Assembly (NCBI GenBank): GCA_964486865.1 | Contig: CAZAOZ010000002.1 | Coordinates: forward strand, 2,381 to 66,380 | DNA: 64,000 bases | Direction: 5' to 3' | Source of the DNA: an uncultured Bordetella sp. | Lineage (GTDB): Bacteria; Pseudomonadota; Gammaproteobacteria; Burkholderiales; SG8-41 | Shown: piece by piece, positions 1 to 10,953 of the stretch | How the letters are laid out: every line of letters begins with the position of its first letter | Numbering within the stretch: the stretch's first letter is position 1 | Notes under the pieces: model-generated | What the model saw: the letters and a program-made list of their open reading frames with translations, nothing else | Databases searched by the model: none | Told to the model about the DNA's origin: nothing | Made by a program: the position numbers and the translations under genes

Positions 1-625
1 TGAGATCCCGGTAGAGCAACGCCAGCGGCGCCGCGTTGCGCGACTGCTCCTGAATGTCATGCCACAGCTTGCGCAGATACTCGACGTCGGCGGCCAGTTC
101 GCGGTCGGACGCGGCCTCCGCCATGGTGCGGATGATGAAGCCGCCTTTTTCGTCCGCGGGCAGCAGGTGCTGCAGTTTTTCCCGCAACTGGACGCGCTCT
201 TCCTCGTCCTCGATGCGCTGGGAAATGCCGATATGCGATTCCTGCGGCAGATAGACGAGCAACCGGCCGGCCATGCTGATCTGCGTGGACAGCCGCGCGC
301 CCTTGGTGCCGAGCGGATCCTTGATCACCTGCACCATCAGGCTCTGTCCTTCGTTGAGCAGTTTCTCGATGGGCAGGCCGGACTCGCCGTTGACACGGTT
401 GCCCCAGATGTCGGCCACGTGCAGGAAAGCCGCGCGCTCGCCGCCGATATCGACAAATGCCGACTGCATGCCGGGCAGCACGCGGACGACGCGGCCCATG
501 TAAACATTGCCGACAAAGCCGCGCGACGACGCGCGCTCGATGTGCAGTTCCTGCGTCACTCCGTGCTCGATGACGGCAACGCGGGTTTCCTGCGGGGTGA
601 CGTTGATCAGGATGTCTTCGCTCAT
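1..625 (-). CDS. rng: ribonuclease G (RNase E/G family), N-terminal part; 3' end runs off the window
   Basis: Not in the ORF track because it is open at the window edge. Hand translation from ATG at 625-623 gives MSEDILINVTPQETRVAVIEHGVTQELHIERASSRGFVGNVYMGRVVRV..., a typical RNase G S1-domain N-terminus. ATGA overlap with the maf stop; maf-rng synteny. Confidence 0.8.
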   Translation of the reverse strand, partial: MSEDILINVTPQETRVAVIEHGVTQELHIERASSRGFVGNVYMGRVVRVLPGMQSAFVDIGGERAAFLHVADIWGNRVNGESGLPIEKLLNEGQSLMVQVIKDPLGTKGARLSTQISMAGRLLVYLPQESHIGISQRIEDEEERVQLREKLQHLLPADEKGGFIIRTMAEAASDRELAADVEYLRKLWHDIQEQSRNAAPLALLYRDL

Positions 626-1239
626 GGCACGATGATGCCTTGGCTGCGCAGCAGCTCAGCGGTCTCTGCAAGAGGCAGGCCCATGATACCGGAATAGCTG
701 CCTTCAATCCGCGTGATGAATGCGGCAGCGCGTCCCTGCACCGCATAGGCGCCGGCCTTGTCAACCGGTTCTCCGGTGGCGACATAGCGGCGGATCTCGT
801 CGGCCGCGAGCGCGCGAAACCACACCCGCGACTCCGACATGCGCACCTCGACGGCATCGCCGCCCGCAATCGCCACCGCGGTCAGCACGCGGTGCATGCG
901 CCCGGCCAGCAGGCCCAGCATGCGCGCCGCATCGGCGGCATCCGCCGGTTTGCCGAGAATCAGGTCATCGCACACCACCGTGGTATCCGCCGTCAGCACG
1001 GGGTGCACCGCCAGCCGCCGCGCACGCATGATGCCGACCGCGACCACGGCTTTCTCCCGGGCAATGCGCGGCACGTAATCGTCGGGCGCTTCGCCGGCCC
1101 GCGGCGTTTCGTCGAAGTCGGCCGGCTGCCGCGGCGCCTCGCGCAGCAGGATGGGCTCGAAGACGACGCCGATCTGGCGCAACAGCTCGCGGCGGCGCGG
1201 GCTGCGTGAAGCCAGATAAATCAGCGAGGACCGGGTCAT
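622..1239 (-). CDS. maf: Maf-like nucleoside triphosphate pyrophosphatase (septum formation protein Maf)
   Basis: ORF 622..1347 trimmed to ATG at 1239 (MTRSSLIYLASRSPRRRELLRQIG...). Maf family pattern, with ...AGAYAVQG... near the C-terminus. ATGA overlap with the rlmH stop. Confidence 0.85.
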   Translation of the reverse strand: MTRSSLIYLASRSPRRRELLRQIGVVFEPILLREAPRQPADFDETPRAGEAPDDYVPRIAREKAVVAVGIMRARRLAVHPVLTADTTVVCDDLILGKPADAADAARMLGLLAGRMHRVLTAVAIAGGDAVEVRMSESRVWFRALAADEIRRYVATGEPVDKAGAYAVQGRAAAFITRIEGSYSGIMGLPLAETAELLRSQGIIVP

Positions 1240-1709
1240 TCGCGGTGATAAGGATGGTTGGCCAGGATCGACGCCGCGCGGTACAGCTGCTCCGCCACCA
1301 CGACACGGACCATCCCGTGAGGCAGCGTCAACGGTGACAGCGACCACAGCAGATCCGCGCCCGACTTGACCTCCGCCGCCAGGCCATCGGCGCCGCCGAT
1401 CACGAACGCCACATCACGGCTGTCGTCGCGCCAGCGGCGCAGATGATCGGCCAGCGTCCGCGTGGGAAAACTGCGGCCATGCTCGTCGAGCACGACGCGC
1501 AGCGCGCCGGGCGGCAGTGCTGCACGGATGCGCTCCGCCTCGGCCTGCAGCCAGCGCGCGACATCGCCGGAAGCGTTGCTGCGCGGCGCGGGTTTGAGCT
1601 CCTTCAGCTGCAGCGGCATTTCGCGCGGCATGCGCTTTGCATACTCGTCGAAACCGGCGCTCACCCAGGCCGGCATACGCTGTCCGACGGCAAGCACCGA
1701 CAGTTTCAC
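1236..1709 (-). CDS. rlmH: 23S rRNA (pseudouridine1915-N3)-methyltransferase RlmH
   Basis: ORF 1236..1877 trimmed to GTG at 1709 (VKLSVLAVGQRMPAWVSAGFDEY...PLTLPHGMVRVVVAEQLYRA). About 157 aa as expected for RlmH. GTGA overlap with the rsfS stop. Confidence 0.85.
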   Translation of the reverse strand: MKLSVLAVGQRMPAWVSAGFDEYAKRMPREMPLQLKELKPAPRSNASGDVARWLQAEAERIRAALPPGALRVVLDEHGRSFPTRTLADHLRRWRDDSRDVAFVIGGADGLAAEVKSGADLLWSLSPLTLPHGMVRVVVAEQLYRAASILANHPYHRE

Positions 1710-2104
1710 TTGGCGGCGCGGCGGCTCGCGGCTCTGGATGCGGCGCCTTTGGCTGTCGTGCTTTTGCGCGCTTTCGGGCGCTGCGACGTGCCCCAGATTT
1801 CCTCGAGATTGTAGTACTGGCGGATGGCCGGCTGCATCACATGCACGATGACCGCGCCGAGATCGACCAGCACCCACTCTCCGGTCTGCTCACCCTCGGT
1901 GCTCAACACCCGGCCGCCGCCTTTGCGTACTTCCGCGCAGACATTGTTGGCCAGTGCGCGTACCTGGCGATTGGAATCACCGCTGACAATAATCACCTTG
2001 TCGAACAGCGCGGTCATGTTTTTGACGTTGAATACGACGATGTCGCGGCCCTTGACGTCTTCAAGCGCAGCCACTGCCGTCGTAGCGAGTTTTTCGGGTC
2101 CCAT
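1706..2104 (-). CDS. rsfS: ribosome silencing factor RsfS (iojap family)
   Basis: ORF 1706..2107. The ATG is the second codon, at 2104, and overlaps the nadD stop (ATGA). Iojap-like sequence ...DIVVFNVKNMTALFDKVIIVSGDSNRQVRALA...; nadD-rsfS-rlmH synteny. Confidence 0.85.
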   Translation of the reverse strand: MGPEKLATTAVAALEDVKGRDIVVFNVKNMTALFDKVIIVSGDSNRQVRALANNVCAEVRKGGGRVLSTEGEQTGEWVLVDLGAVIVHVMQPAIRQYYNLEEIWGTSQRPKARKSTTAKGAASRAASRRAAK

Positions 2105-2763
2105 CAATCTCCAGTATATAACTTATGCTCTTGAATATATTGATAAATATTATCCGGCAACAAATACCGTGTACTGCGGCCGCGGCGCGTCGTATCGCGG
2201 ATCAGGGTCGCCGAAATGTCGAGTTCCGTAATCGGCACCACGGTGACGCCGCCCGCCGGGGCAACATGCACCGCAAACGGCTGGTGCACCAAGCGCGCGC
2301 TGTACTCCGCGGCCAGCGGCTGCGGCATGCGCGCCTGCCAGGTATCGACGGGGAACCCCGGGCGATAAGCCACCGCAATGTGCGCGAGTTCGAACAACCG
2401 GTGCCAGCGGCTCCAGGTCGCCAGATCCAGAAAAGCATCGGCGCCCAGCAACAACACCAGCGACTGCCCCGGCCCTGCTTCCGCACGCAACGCCGTCAGT
2501 GTATCAACGGTATAACCGGGAACGGTATTTTCCGCTTCACGGGCGTCAACGCTGAACAGCGGATTGCCGGCCACTGCGAGTCGCACCATCGCCAGGCGAT
2601 CCGCGGCGGAAGCGCCCGGTGCTGCGCGATGCGGCGGCGTTCCGCCCGGCACAAACCGCACCTCCGCCAGCTTCAACTGATCAACGACTTCCTGCGCAAG
2701 GCGCAGATGCCCGAAATGTATGGGGTCGAACGTGCCGCCGAGGATGCCGATGGGAGCGGACAT
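2104..2763 (-). CDS. nadD: nicotinate-nucleotide adenylyltransferase
   Basis: ORF 2104..2763 starts MSAPIGILGGTFDPIHFGHLRLAQEV, which carries the (H/T)xGH nucleotidyltransferase motif. Confidence 0.9.
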   Translation of the reverse strand: MSAPIGILGGTFDPIHFGHLRLAQEVVDQLKLAEVRFVPGGTPPHRAAPGASAADRLAMVRLAVAGNPLFSVDAREAENTVPGYTVDTLTALRAEAGPGQSLVLLLGADAFLDLATWSRWHRLFELAHIAVAYRPGFPVDTWQARMPQPLAAEYSARLVHQPFAVHVAPAGGVTVVPITELDISATLIRDTTRRGRSTRYLLPDNIYQYIQEHKLYTGD

Positions 2764-2766
2764 TCA

Positions 2767-2794
2767 GTGATGAGTGATGAGTGATGAGTGATGA
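2767..2794. repeat. tandem heptamer GTGATGA x4 (TCATCAC x4 on the coding strand), 4 nt upstream of the nadD start
   Basis: Read directly: gtgatga gtgatga gtgatga gtgatga. An inverted partner cactcatcact lies at 2838-2848, just after the aceF stop. Confidence 0.9.
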
Positions 2795-2848
2795 ACGGAA
2801 GAGGCGGCTGTCGCGCGGGCCAGGAAGGTGTTCACTCGGCACTCATCA

Positions 2849-4141
2849 CTAGAGCACAAGCCGGCGGATGTCGGACAGCACGGTTGCCAGATGCGCAATG
2901 AACCGCGCCCCCAGCGCGCCGTCGATGACGCGATGATCGTAGGACAGCGACAGCGGCAGCATCAGCCGCGGCGTAAATTCCCTGCCGTTCCATACCGGCT
3001 TCATGACCGCCTTGCCGACGCCGAGGATCGCCACTTCCGGCGCATTGATGATCGGCGTAAAAAACGTGCCGCCGATGCCCCCCAGGCTTGAAATGGAAAA
3101 GCAGCCGCCCTGCAGGTCGGCAGGGGCGATCTTGCCCGAGCGCATGCGCGCGCTGACTTCGCCAAGCTCTTTGGCAATGTCGAGCAGCCCTTTTTTGTCG
3201 GCATCGCGGATCACCGGCACCACCAGCCCGTTCGGCGTATCTACTGCGACGCCGATATGAAAATAACCCTTCAGCACCAGGCTCTCGCCGTCCGCCGACA
3301 GCGACGCGTTGAATTCCGGAAACTGCTTGAGCGCCACCACCGATGCCTTGACCAGAAAGCCGAGCATCGTGAATTTGATGCCGCTTTTCTTCGCTTCATC
3401 GGCCTGCGCCTTGCGGAATGCCTCAAGCTCCGTGATGTCCGCCTCGTCGTGCTGGGTGATATGCGGAATGCTGACCCAGTTGCGATGCAAAAATCCGCCC
3501 GAGAGCTTTTTGATGCGCGACAGGGGTTGCGTGGTGACCGGCCCGAATTTGGCAAAATCGACCGGCTGCAATGGCGGCAGATTGAAGCCCAGGCCGCCGC
3601 TGGCACCCTCGCCGCGCGGACGCGCGAGTTCGCTCTTGACGTACGCCTGCACATCTTCCGTGAGTACCCGTTCCTTGGTCCCGCTGCCTTTCACGCGCGC
3701 CAGGTCCACGCCCAGTTCGCGCGCAAAACGGCGCACCGACGGACTGGCGTGGGACTTGCCGAATCCGGTTTCATCGACGGCAGCAACTGCTACCGGTGCA
3801 GGTTTGGGTGCAGGTGCAGCAGCCGGCCTGGCCGGTTGCGGCGTTGCTGCAACAGGTGCGGCGGACTGCGCTTTCGGCGTCACAGGCGCGGCGGCCGCGG
3901 CGCTGGCTTCCAGCGTCAGCACCAGCGTACCCTCCGAAACCTTGTCGCCCACCTTGAGCTTGATGTCCCTGACCACGCCGGCCACGGGCGAAGGCACGTC
4001 CAGGGTTGCCTTGTCGGACTCCAGCGTGACCAGCGGATCTTCGGCCTTGACGATATCGCCCGCCTTGACCAGCACTTCGATCACCGGGATGTTCTTGAAC
4101 TCGCCGATGTCCGGAACCTTGATTTCGATTGCATTTGCCAT
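2849..4141 (-). CDS. aceF: dihydrolipoyllysine-residue acetyltransferase, E2 of pyruvate dehydrogenase (single lipoyl domain)
   Basis: ORF 2849..4159 trimmed to ATG at 4141 (MANAIEIKVPDIGEF...LESDKATLDVPSP lipoyl motif; C-terminal ...SLSYDHRVIDGA catalytic motif). Lies directly after aceE. Confidence 0.9.
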   Translation of the reverse strand: MANAIEIKVPDIGEFKNIPVIEVLVKAGDIVKAEDPLVTLESDKATLDVPSPVAGVVRDIKLKVGDKVSEGTLVLTLEASAAAAAPVTPKAQSAAPVAATPQPARPAAAPAPKPAPVAVAAVDETGFGKSHASPSVRRFARELGVDLARVKGSGTKERVLTEDVQAYVKSELARPRGEGASGGLGFNLPPLQPVDFAKFGPVTTQPLSRIKKLSGGFLHRNWVSIPHITQHDEADITELEAFRKAQADEAKKSGIKFTMLGFLVKASVVALKQFPEFNASLSADGESLVLKGYFHIGVAVDTPNGLVVPVIRDADKKGLLDIAKELGEVSARMRSGKIAPADLQGGCFSISSLGGIGGTFFTPIINAPEVAILGVGKAVMKPVWNGREFTPRLMLPLSLSYDHRVIDGALGARFIAHLATVLSDIRRLVL

Positions 4142-4155
4142 GAGCGTCGTTGCGA

Positions 4156-6834
<2,679 letters not shown>

Positions 6835-6987
6835 TACCTTTGTGGGGCTGTGCGTTCGCAGCGACTGCGGCACTCATGGCGCCTGAACCGCTGTCATACG
6901 GGGATGGCGCAATTGTAACATCTGCCCCCGTCCACTCTGGAGCCCGATCCGCCCTCGGAAACCTCAATCCTGGCGACAGCCCGGCGT

Positions 6988-7773
6988 TCAGCGCCCGGTG
7001 AATGCCGGTGGACGCTTGTCCAGAAATGCGCGCATGCCCTCGCGCTGATCCGCGCTGGCGAAGGCCTTTGCGAACAACTCGGACTCCAGCGCGCAGCCCG
7101 CGGCCAGCGTCATGTCCTGTCCGCGCTGAACGGCCTGTTTGGCATAGCGCACGGCGAGCGGCGCCTTTGCGGCAATCAGCCGCGCGACCTCCAGCCCGCG
7201 TGCCGCCAGGAGGCCCGCCGGCACGACCTCGGTGACCAGGCCGATGGCCAATGCTTCCGCAGCCTTGATTTGCCGCCCGGTGGTCACCAGTTCCAGCGCG
7301 CGCGCGCGGCCGACCAGTCGCAGCAAACGCTGCGTGCCGCCGAAACCCGGCGGTATGCCGAGGCTGACCTCCGGCTGGCCGAACGCCGCACGCTCGGAGG
7401 CGATAATCCAGTCGCAGGCCATGGCCAGTTCGCAGCCTCCGCCGAGCGCATAGCCATTCACCAGCGCGATCACCGGCACCGGCAGCGCTTCCAGTGCGCA
7501 CATCACCTGCATGCCCGTTGCGGAAAAACCGCGTGCTTCATCTGCGGTCAGCGCCTGCATGGCCGCGATATCGGCCCCGGCCACAAAAGCCTTGTCACCG
7601 GCGCCGGTGATCAGCAGCACGCGCGCGCCGGGGTCGGCGCCTGTGCGCGCCACGGCGTCACCCAGTTCGGCCAGGGTTGCCGCATTGAGCGCATTCAGCG
7701 CCTGCGGCCGGTTTACCGTCAGCAGATGAATGCCGGGCTCCGGCTGTTCGAGCAACAGGTTCTGGTAAGTCAT
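6988..7773 (-). CDS. enoyl-CoA hydratase/isomerase (crotonase) family protein
   Basis: ORF 6988..7905 trimmed to ATG at 7773 (MTYQNLLLEQPEPGIHLLTVNRPQALNALN...ALVNGYALGGGCELAMACD). Crotonase fold signature. Confidence 0.85.
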   Translation of the reverse strand: MTYQNLLLEQPEPGIHLLTVNRPQALNALNAATLAELGDAVARTGADPGARVLLITGAGDKAFVAGADIAAMQALTADEARGFSATGMQVMCALEALPVPVIALVNGYALGGGCELAMACDWIIASERAAFGQPEVSLGIPPGFGGTQRLLRLVGRARALELVTTGRQIKAAEALAIGLVTEVVPAGLLAARGLEVARLIAAKAPLAVRYAKQAVQRGQDMTLAAGCALESELFAKAFASADQREGMRAFLDKRPPAFTGR

Positions 7774-7790
7774 CGGACAACTCCGCGAAA

Positions 7791-9602
7791 TCAGGTTATG
7801 CGCTGCTGCACATAGGATCCCGGTGCATCTTCGATCGGCTGGTATGGGCCTTTGCCGCCCGGCTGGCGCGCCGCAACCATGGCGCCGGCGTGCCCCGCCA
7901 CCCATTGCGCCCAGTCAGTCCACCACGAGCCGGGATGCTGCTGCGCACCGGCCAGCCATTGGTCAGAGTCCGCGGACAACCGCTCGTTGGTCCAGTATCC
8001 GTATTTATTGGCCGCCGGCGGATTGATGATGCCCGCGATATGGCCGGAGCCGCCGAGTACAAACCGCACCGGCCCCTTGAGCAGGCGCGCCCCGGTATAG
8101 GTCGATTGCCACGGCGCGATATGGTCCTCTACCGTGGAGATGAAATAGGCGGGGGTTTTCACGCGGGTGACGTCGATCGGCGTATCCGCCAGCGTAATGC
8201 CGCCGGGTTCGCGCAGCAGATTTTTCAGATACATGTTGCGCAGGTAAAAACCGTGCATCGCCGCCGGCATGCGGGTGGAATCACCATTCCAGTGCAACAG
8301 ATCGAACGGAAAGGGATCCTTGCCCAGCAGATAATTGCTGACCACGAACGACCAGATCAGGTCGTTGGCGCGCAGCATGTTGAAGGTGGCGGCCATCTCG
8401 CTGCCTTCCAGATAGCCGCGCTTCTGCATTTTCTTTTCCAGCGCACTGACCTGCTGCTCGTCGATGAATACCTCGAGTTCACCCGGCCGCTCGAAATCGA
8501 TCATGGAGACAAAAAACGTCGCGCTGGCGACGCGGTCCTGCCTGCGTGCCGCGAGCCATGCCAGCGTGGCCGCCAGCAGGGTGCCGCCCAGGCAATAGCC
8601 GATCACGTTGGCCTTGGGCGCACCGGTAATTGCGGTAACGGCGTCGAGGGCGGCCAGCGACCCTTCGGTCAGGTAATCATCGAATCGCTTGTGTGCAAGT
8701 GTTTCGTCCGGATTGACCCACGAGACGACGAACACGGTATGGCCCTGCGCCACGGCCCAGCGCACAAAGGAATTGTGCTCGCGCAGGTCGAGGATGTAGA
8801 ACTTGTTGATCCAGGGCGGAATGATCAGCAGCGGCGTCGCATGCACTTTTTTGGTCAGCGGTGCGTACTGGATCAGCTGCATGATGGCGTTCTGGAACAC
8901 CACCTTGCCGCGGGTCATGGCAATGTTTTCGCCGAGCTTGAAAGCCGAGGCGTCGGTCATGCGCACGCGCAGTTGCTCGCCGTTGCCGCGCGACAGGTCT
9001 TCCAGCAGGTTGTTCAGGCCTTTCAGCAGATTCTGCCCGCCCGAATCCACCGTTGCCCGCAGGGCTTCGGGATTGGTCAGCAGAAAATTCGACGGCGACA
9101 GCGCGTCGATGTACTGACGCGTGTAGAAATCAACCTTCTTTGAGGTTTTTTCATCCAGGCCTTCGACCTGGCCCAGCGACTGGTGCAGATGGCGTGCGGC
9201 AATGAGGTACGACTGTTTGACATAGTCGTAGAGAAAATTGTTTTCCCAGTCCTCGTGTTTGAAACGGCGATCCGTTTTGTGCGGCTGGGCGACCGCCACG
9301 GACTGCTGCCCCAGCATTTTCAGCATGGCGTTCTGCCACAGCGCCGTATAGTCCTGCCACAGCTTGATCTGCATTTCTGCTGCGCGGACCGGGTCGGTGA
9401 AAACGCGGCTCCAGGCCTCGAAAAACGCCTTGGCGATACCGAGCTCGTCGCTGGCTGCCGGCAATCCCCCGCTGGCGCCGCGCGCCATGTAATTGGCAAG
9501 CAACGCGGTGCTTTTTTCGGCAATCCCGGCGTAGAGCCGCATCATTTCTGCGGGATCTACGGCGCGGGGTGCCGCGGTCTGCGGTTGCGGGGTAGCAGTC
9601 AT
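7791..9602 (-). CDS. phaC: class I poly(R)-hydroxyalkanoate synthase
   Basis: ORF 7791..9683 trimmed to ATG at 9602 (MTATPQPQ...). Lipase-box-like GYCLGG; about 600 aa of PhaC-type sequence. Confidence 0.88.
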   Translation of the reverse strand: MTATPQPQTAAPRAVDPAEMMRLYAGIAEKSTALLANYMARGASGGLPAASDELGIAKAFFEAWSRVFTDPVRAAEMQIKLWQDYTALWQNAMLKMLGQQSVAVAQPHKTDRRFKHEDWENNFLYDYVKQSYLIAARHLHQSLGQVEGLDEKTSKKVDFYTRQYIDALSPSNFLLTNPEALRATVDSGGQNLLKGLNNLLEDLSRGNGEQLRVRMTDASAFKLGENIAMTRGKVVFQNAIMQLIQYAPLTKKVHATPLLIIPPWINKFYILDLREHNSFVRWAVAQGHTVFVVSWVNPDETLAHKRFDDYLTEGSLAALDAVTAITGAPKANVIGYCLGGTLLAATLAWLAARRQDRVASATFFVSMIDFERPGELEVFIDEQQVSALEKKMQKRGYLEGSEMAATFNMLRANDLIWSFVVSNYLLGKDPFPFDLLHWNGDSTRMPAAMHGFYLRNMYLKNLLREPGGITLADTPIDVTRVKTPAYFISTVEDHIAPWQSTYTGARLLKGPVRFVLGGSGHIAGIINPPAANKYGYWTNERLSADSDQWLAGAQQHPGSWWTDWAQWVAGHAGAMVAARQPGGKGPYQPIEDAPGSYVQQRIT

Positions 9603-9615
9603 GTTATTTAATTGT

Positions 9616-9630
9616 TTGACGTTTACGTAA
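9616..9630. promoter_or_regulatory. putative MerR/LiuR-type operator TTGACGTTTACGTAA in the phaC / liuR-like divergent region
   Basis: Imperfect palindrome with two ACGT cores. The same 15-mer, with one central substitution, recurs in reverse orientation at 10096-10110. Confidence 0.5.
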
Positions 9631-9682
9631 AAGCAATGATATTGTTGTCTGGAAATTTTACTCGACTTTGTTGCGTGGCACA

Positions 9683-10081
9683 ATGAGCAAATTCTATACG
9701 ATCAGTGACTTGGCCCAGGAGTTTGGCGTGACCACGCGCACGCTGCGTCATTACGAAGACCAGGGCCTGATCACGCCGTCGCGCGACGGCATCAACCGCA
9801 TCTACAGCCCTCGCGATCGTGTCCGTCTCAAACTGGCATTGCGGGGCAAGCGTCTCGGCTTCTCCCTCAGCGACATACGCGAGTTGTTCGAGCTCTATGA
9901 TCTGGCCAGCGGCGAACGCCGGAAACTGGAAGAGTTTGCAATCAAGCTGGAGCGGCGACGCGCACAATTGGCCCAGCAGCGTGAAGACGTCGAGGTGATG
10001 CTGGATGAGATCAACTTTTTCGCCACCCAATGCCAACGCCTGCTGGCGGAAACCGAGCAGGGAAAATCAAAAGCGTTGTAG
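9683..10081 (+). CDS. liuR: MerR family transcriptional regulator (LiuR-like)
   Basis: ORF 9668..10081 trimmed to ATG at 9683 (MSKFYTISDLAQEFGVTTRTLRHYEDQGLI...). MerR HTH plus a coiled-coil tail. It sits ahead of methylglutaconyl-CoA hydratase-like and HMG-CoA lyase genes, as LiuR does. Confidence 0.6.
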   Translation: MSKFYTISDLAQEFGVTTRTLRHYEDQGLITPSRDGINRIYSPRDRVRLKLALRGKRLGFSLSDIRELFELYDLASGERRKLEEFAIKLERRRAQLAQQREDVEVMLDEINFFATQCQRLLAETEQGKSKAL

Positions 10082-10095
10082 CAGCGCAATATCTA

Positions 10096-10110
10096 TTACG
10101 TTAACGTCAA
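10096..10110. promoter_or_regulatory. second copy of the putative LiuR-type operator (TTACGTTAACGTCAA), upstream of the isomerase/hydratase/lyase operon
   Basis: Its reverse complement TTGACGTTAACGTAA matches 9616-9630 at 14 of 15 positions. Confidence 0.5.
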
Positions 10111-10236
10111 CGGAATATAAAATGTCCATTTATTCAACGGTCTACCGTCTGCGCATCCCCACGGGAAAGCCTGCCTTCCCCACAGGGAACCCTGCCTCCG
10201 GCAGCACTGGTGCCACGTTGATTACAGGAGGATCAA

Positions 10237-10839
10237 ATGCCGCAGCCCATTGAGTTTTACTTCGACTTTTCCTCGCCCTACGGCTACTTTGCAGCCGCCA
10301 AAATTGACGCCCTTGCCGCCAGACACGGCCGCACGACCGTCTGGCGGCCGATCCTGCTCGGCGCGATATTCAAGGTGACCGGGCAACAGCCGCTGACCAC
10401 CATTCCGCTGAAAGGCAGCTACGCCCTGCATGACCTGACGCGTTCGGCGCGCTGGTTTGGCGTTCCGTTCAAGATGCCCGCAAAATTCCCGATCGCCACC
10501 ACCGCGCCATGTCGCGCCTATTACTGGCTGCATGATCGCGATCCGGCGGCGGCGCGGATTCTGGCGCAGGCCTTGTACCGGGCGTATTTCGCAGAGGATC
10601 GCGATATTTCAAACCCGGAAGTCACGGTCAACGTTGCGGCCAAACTCGGGCACGACAAGAACGCGGTGGTGCAGGCGCTCAACGACCCCGCTGTCAAGGA
10701 ACGCCTGAAAGCGGAAGTCGATGCCGCGGTCGAACGCGGCATTTTCGGCTCGCCTTATATCGTGGTCGATGGCGAACCGTTCTGGGGATCCGACCGTCTG
10801 GATCAGGTCGAAAAATGGTTGGCGCAGGGGCCCTGGTAA
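10237..10839 (+). CDS. 2-hydroxychromene-2-carboxylate isomerase / DsbA-like (GST-kappa) family protein
   Basis: ORF 10237..10839 reads MPQPIEFYFDFSSPYGYFAA...GIFGSPYIVVDGEPFWGSDRLDQV, the typical HCCA-isomerase family pattern. SD aggagg lies upstream. Confidence 0.75.
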   Translation: MPQPIEFYFDFSSPYGYFAAAKIDALAARHGRTTVWRPILLGAIFKVTGQQPLTTIPLKGSYALHDLTRSARWFGVPFKMPAKFPIATTAPCRAYYWLHDRDPAAARILAQALYRAYFAEDRDISNPEVTVNVAAKLGHDKNAVVQALNDPAVKERLKAEVDAAVERGIFGSPYIVVDGEPFWGSDRLDQVEKWLAQGPW

Positions 10840-10953
10840 ACCGGCATCACCCGCGCAGGGGAGCCATGCACCCGCCCGCTCCCGCGGCTACAATGCGGGC
10901 CTGAATCCGGATACTGCAGGCACTGATTTCCGGCAACCCCTGAAAGAAAACCC

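Noticed and set aside
10215-10236. TTGATTACAGGAGGATCAA upstream of the isomerase gene, considered as a possible FNR/CRP box.
   Set aside because: The half-sites are 9 nt apart, the wrong spacing, and the centre is simply the AGGAGG ribosome-binding site.
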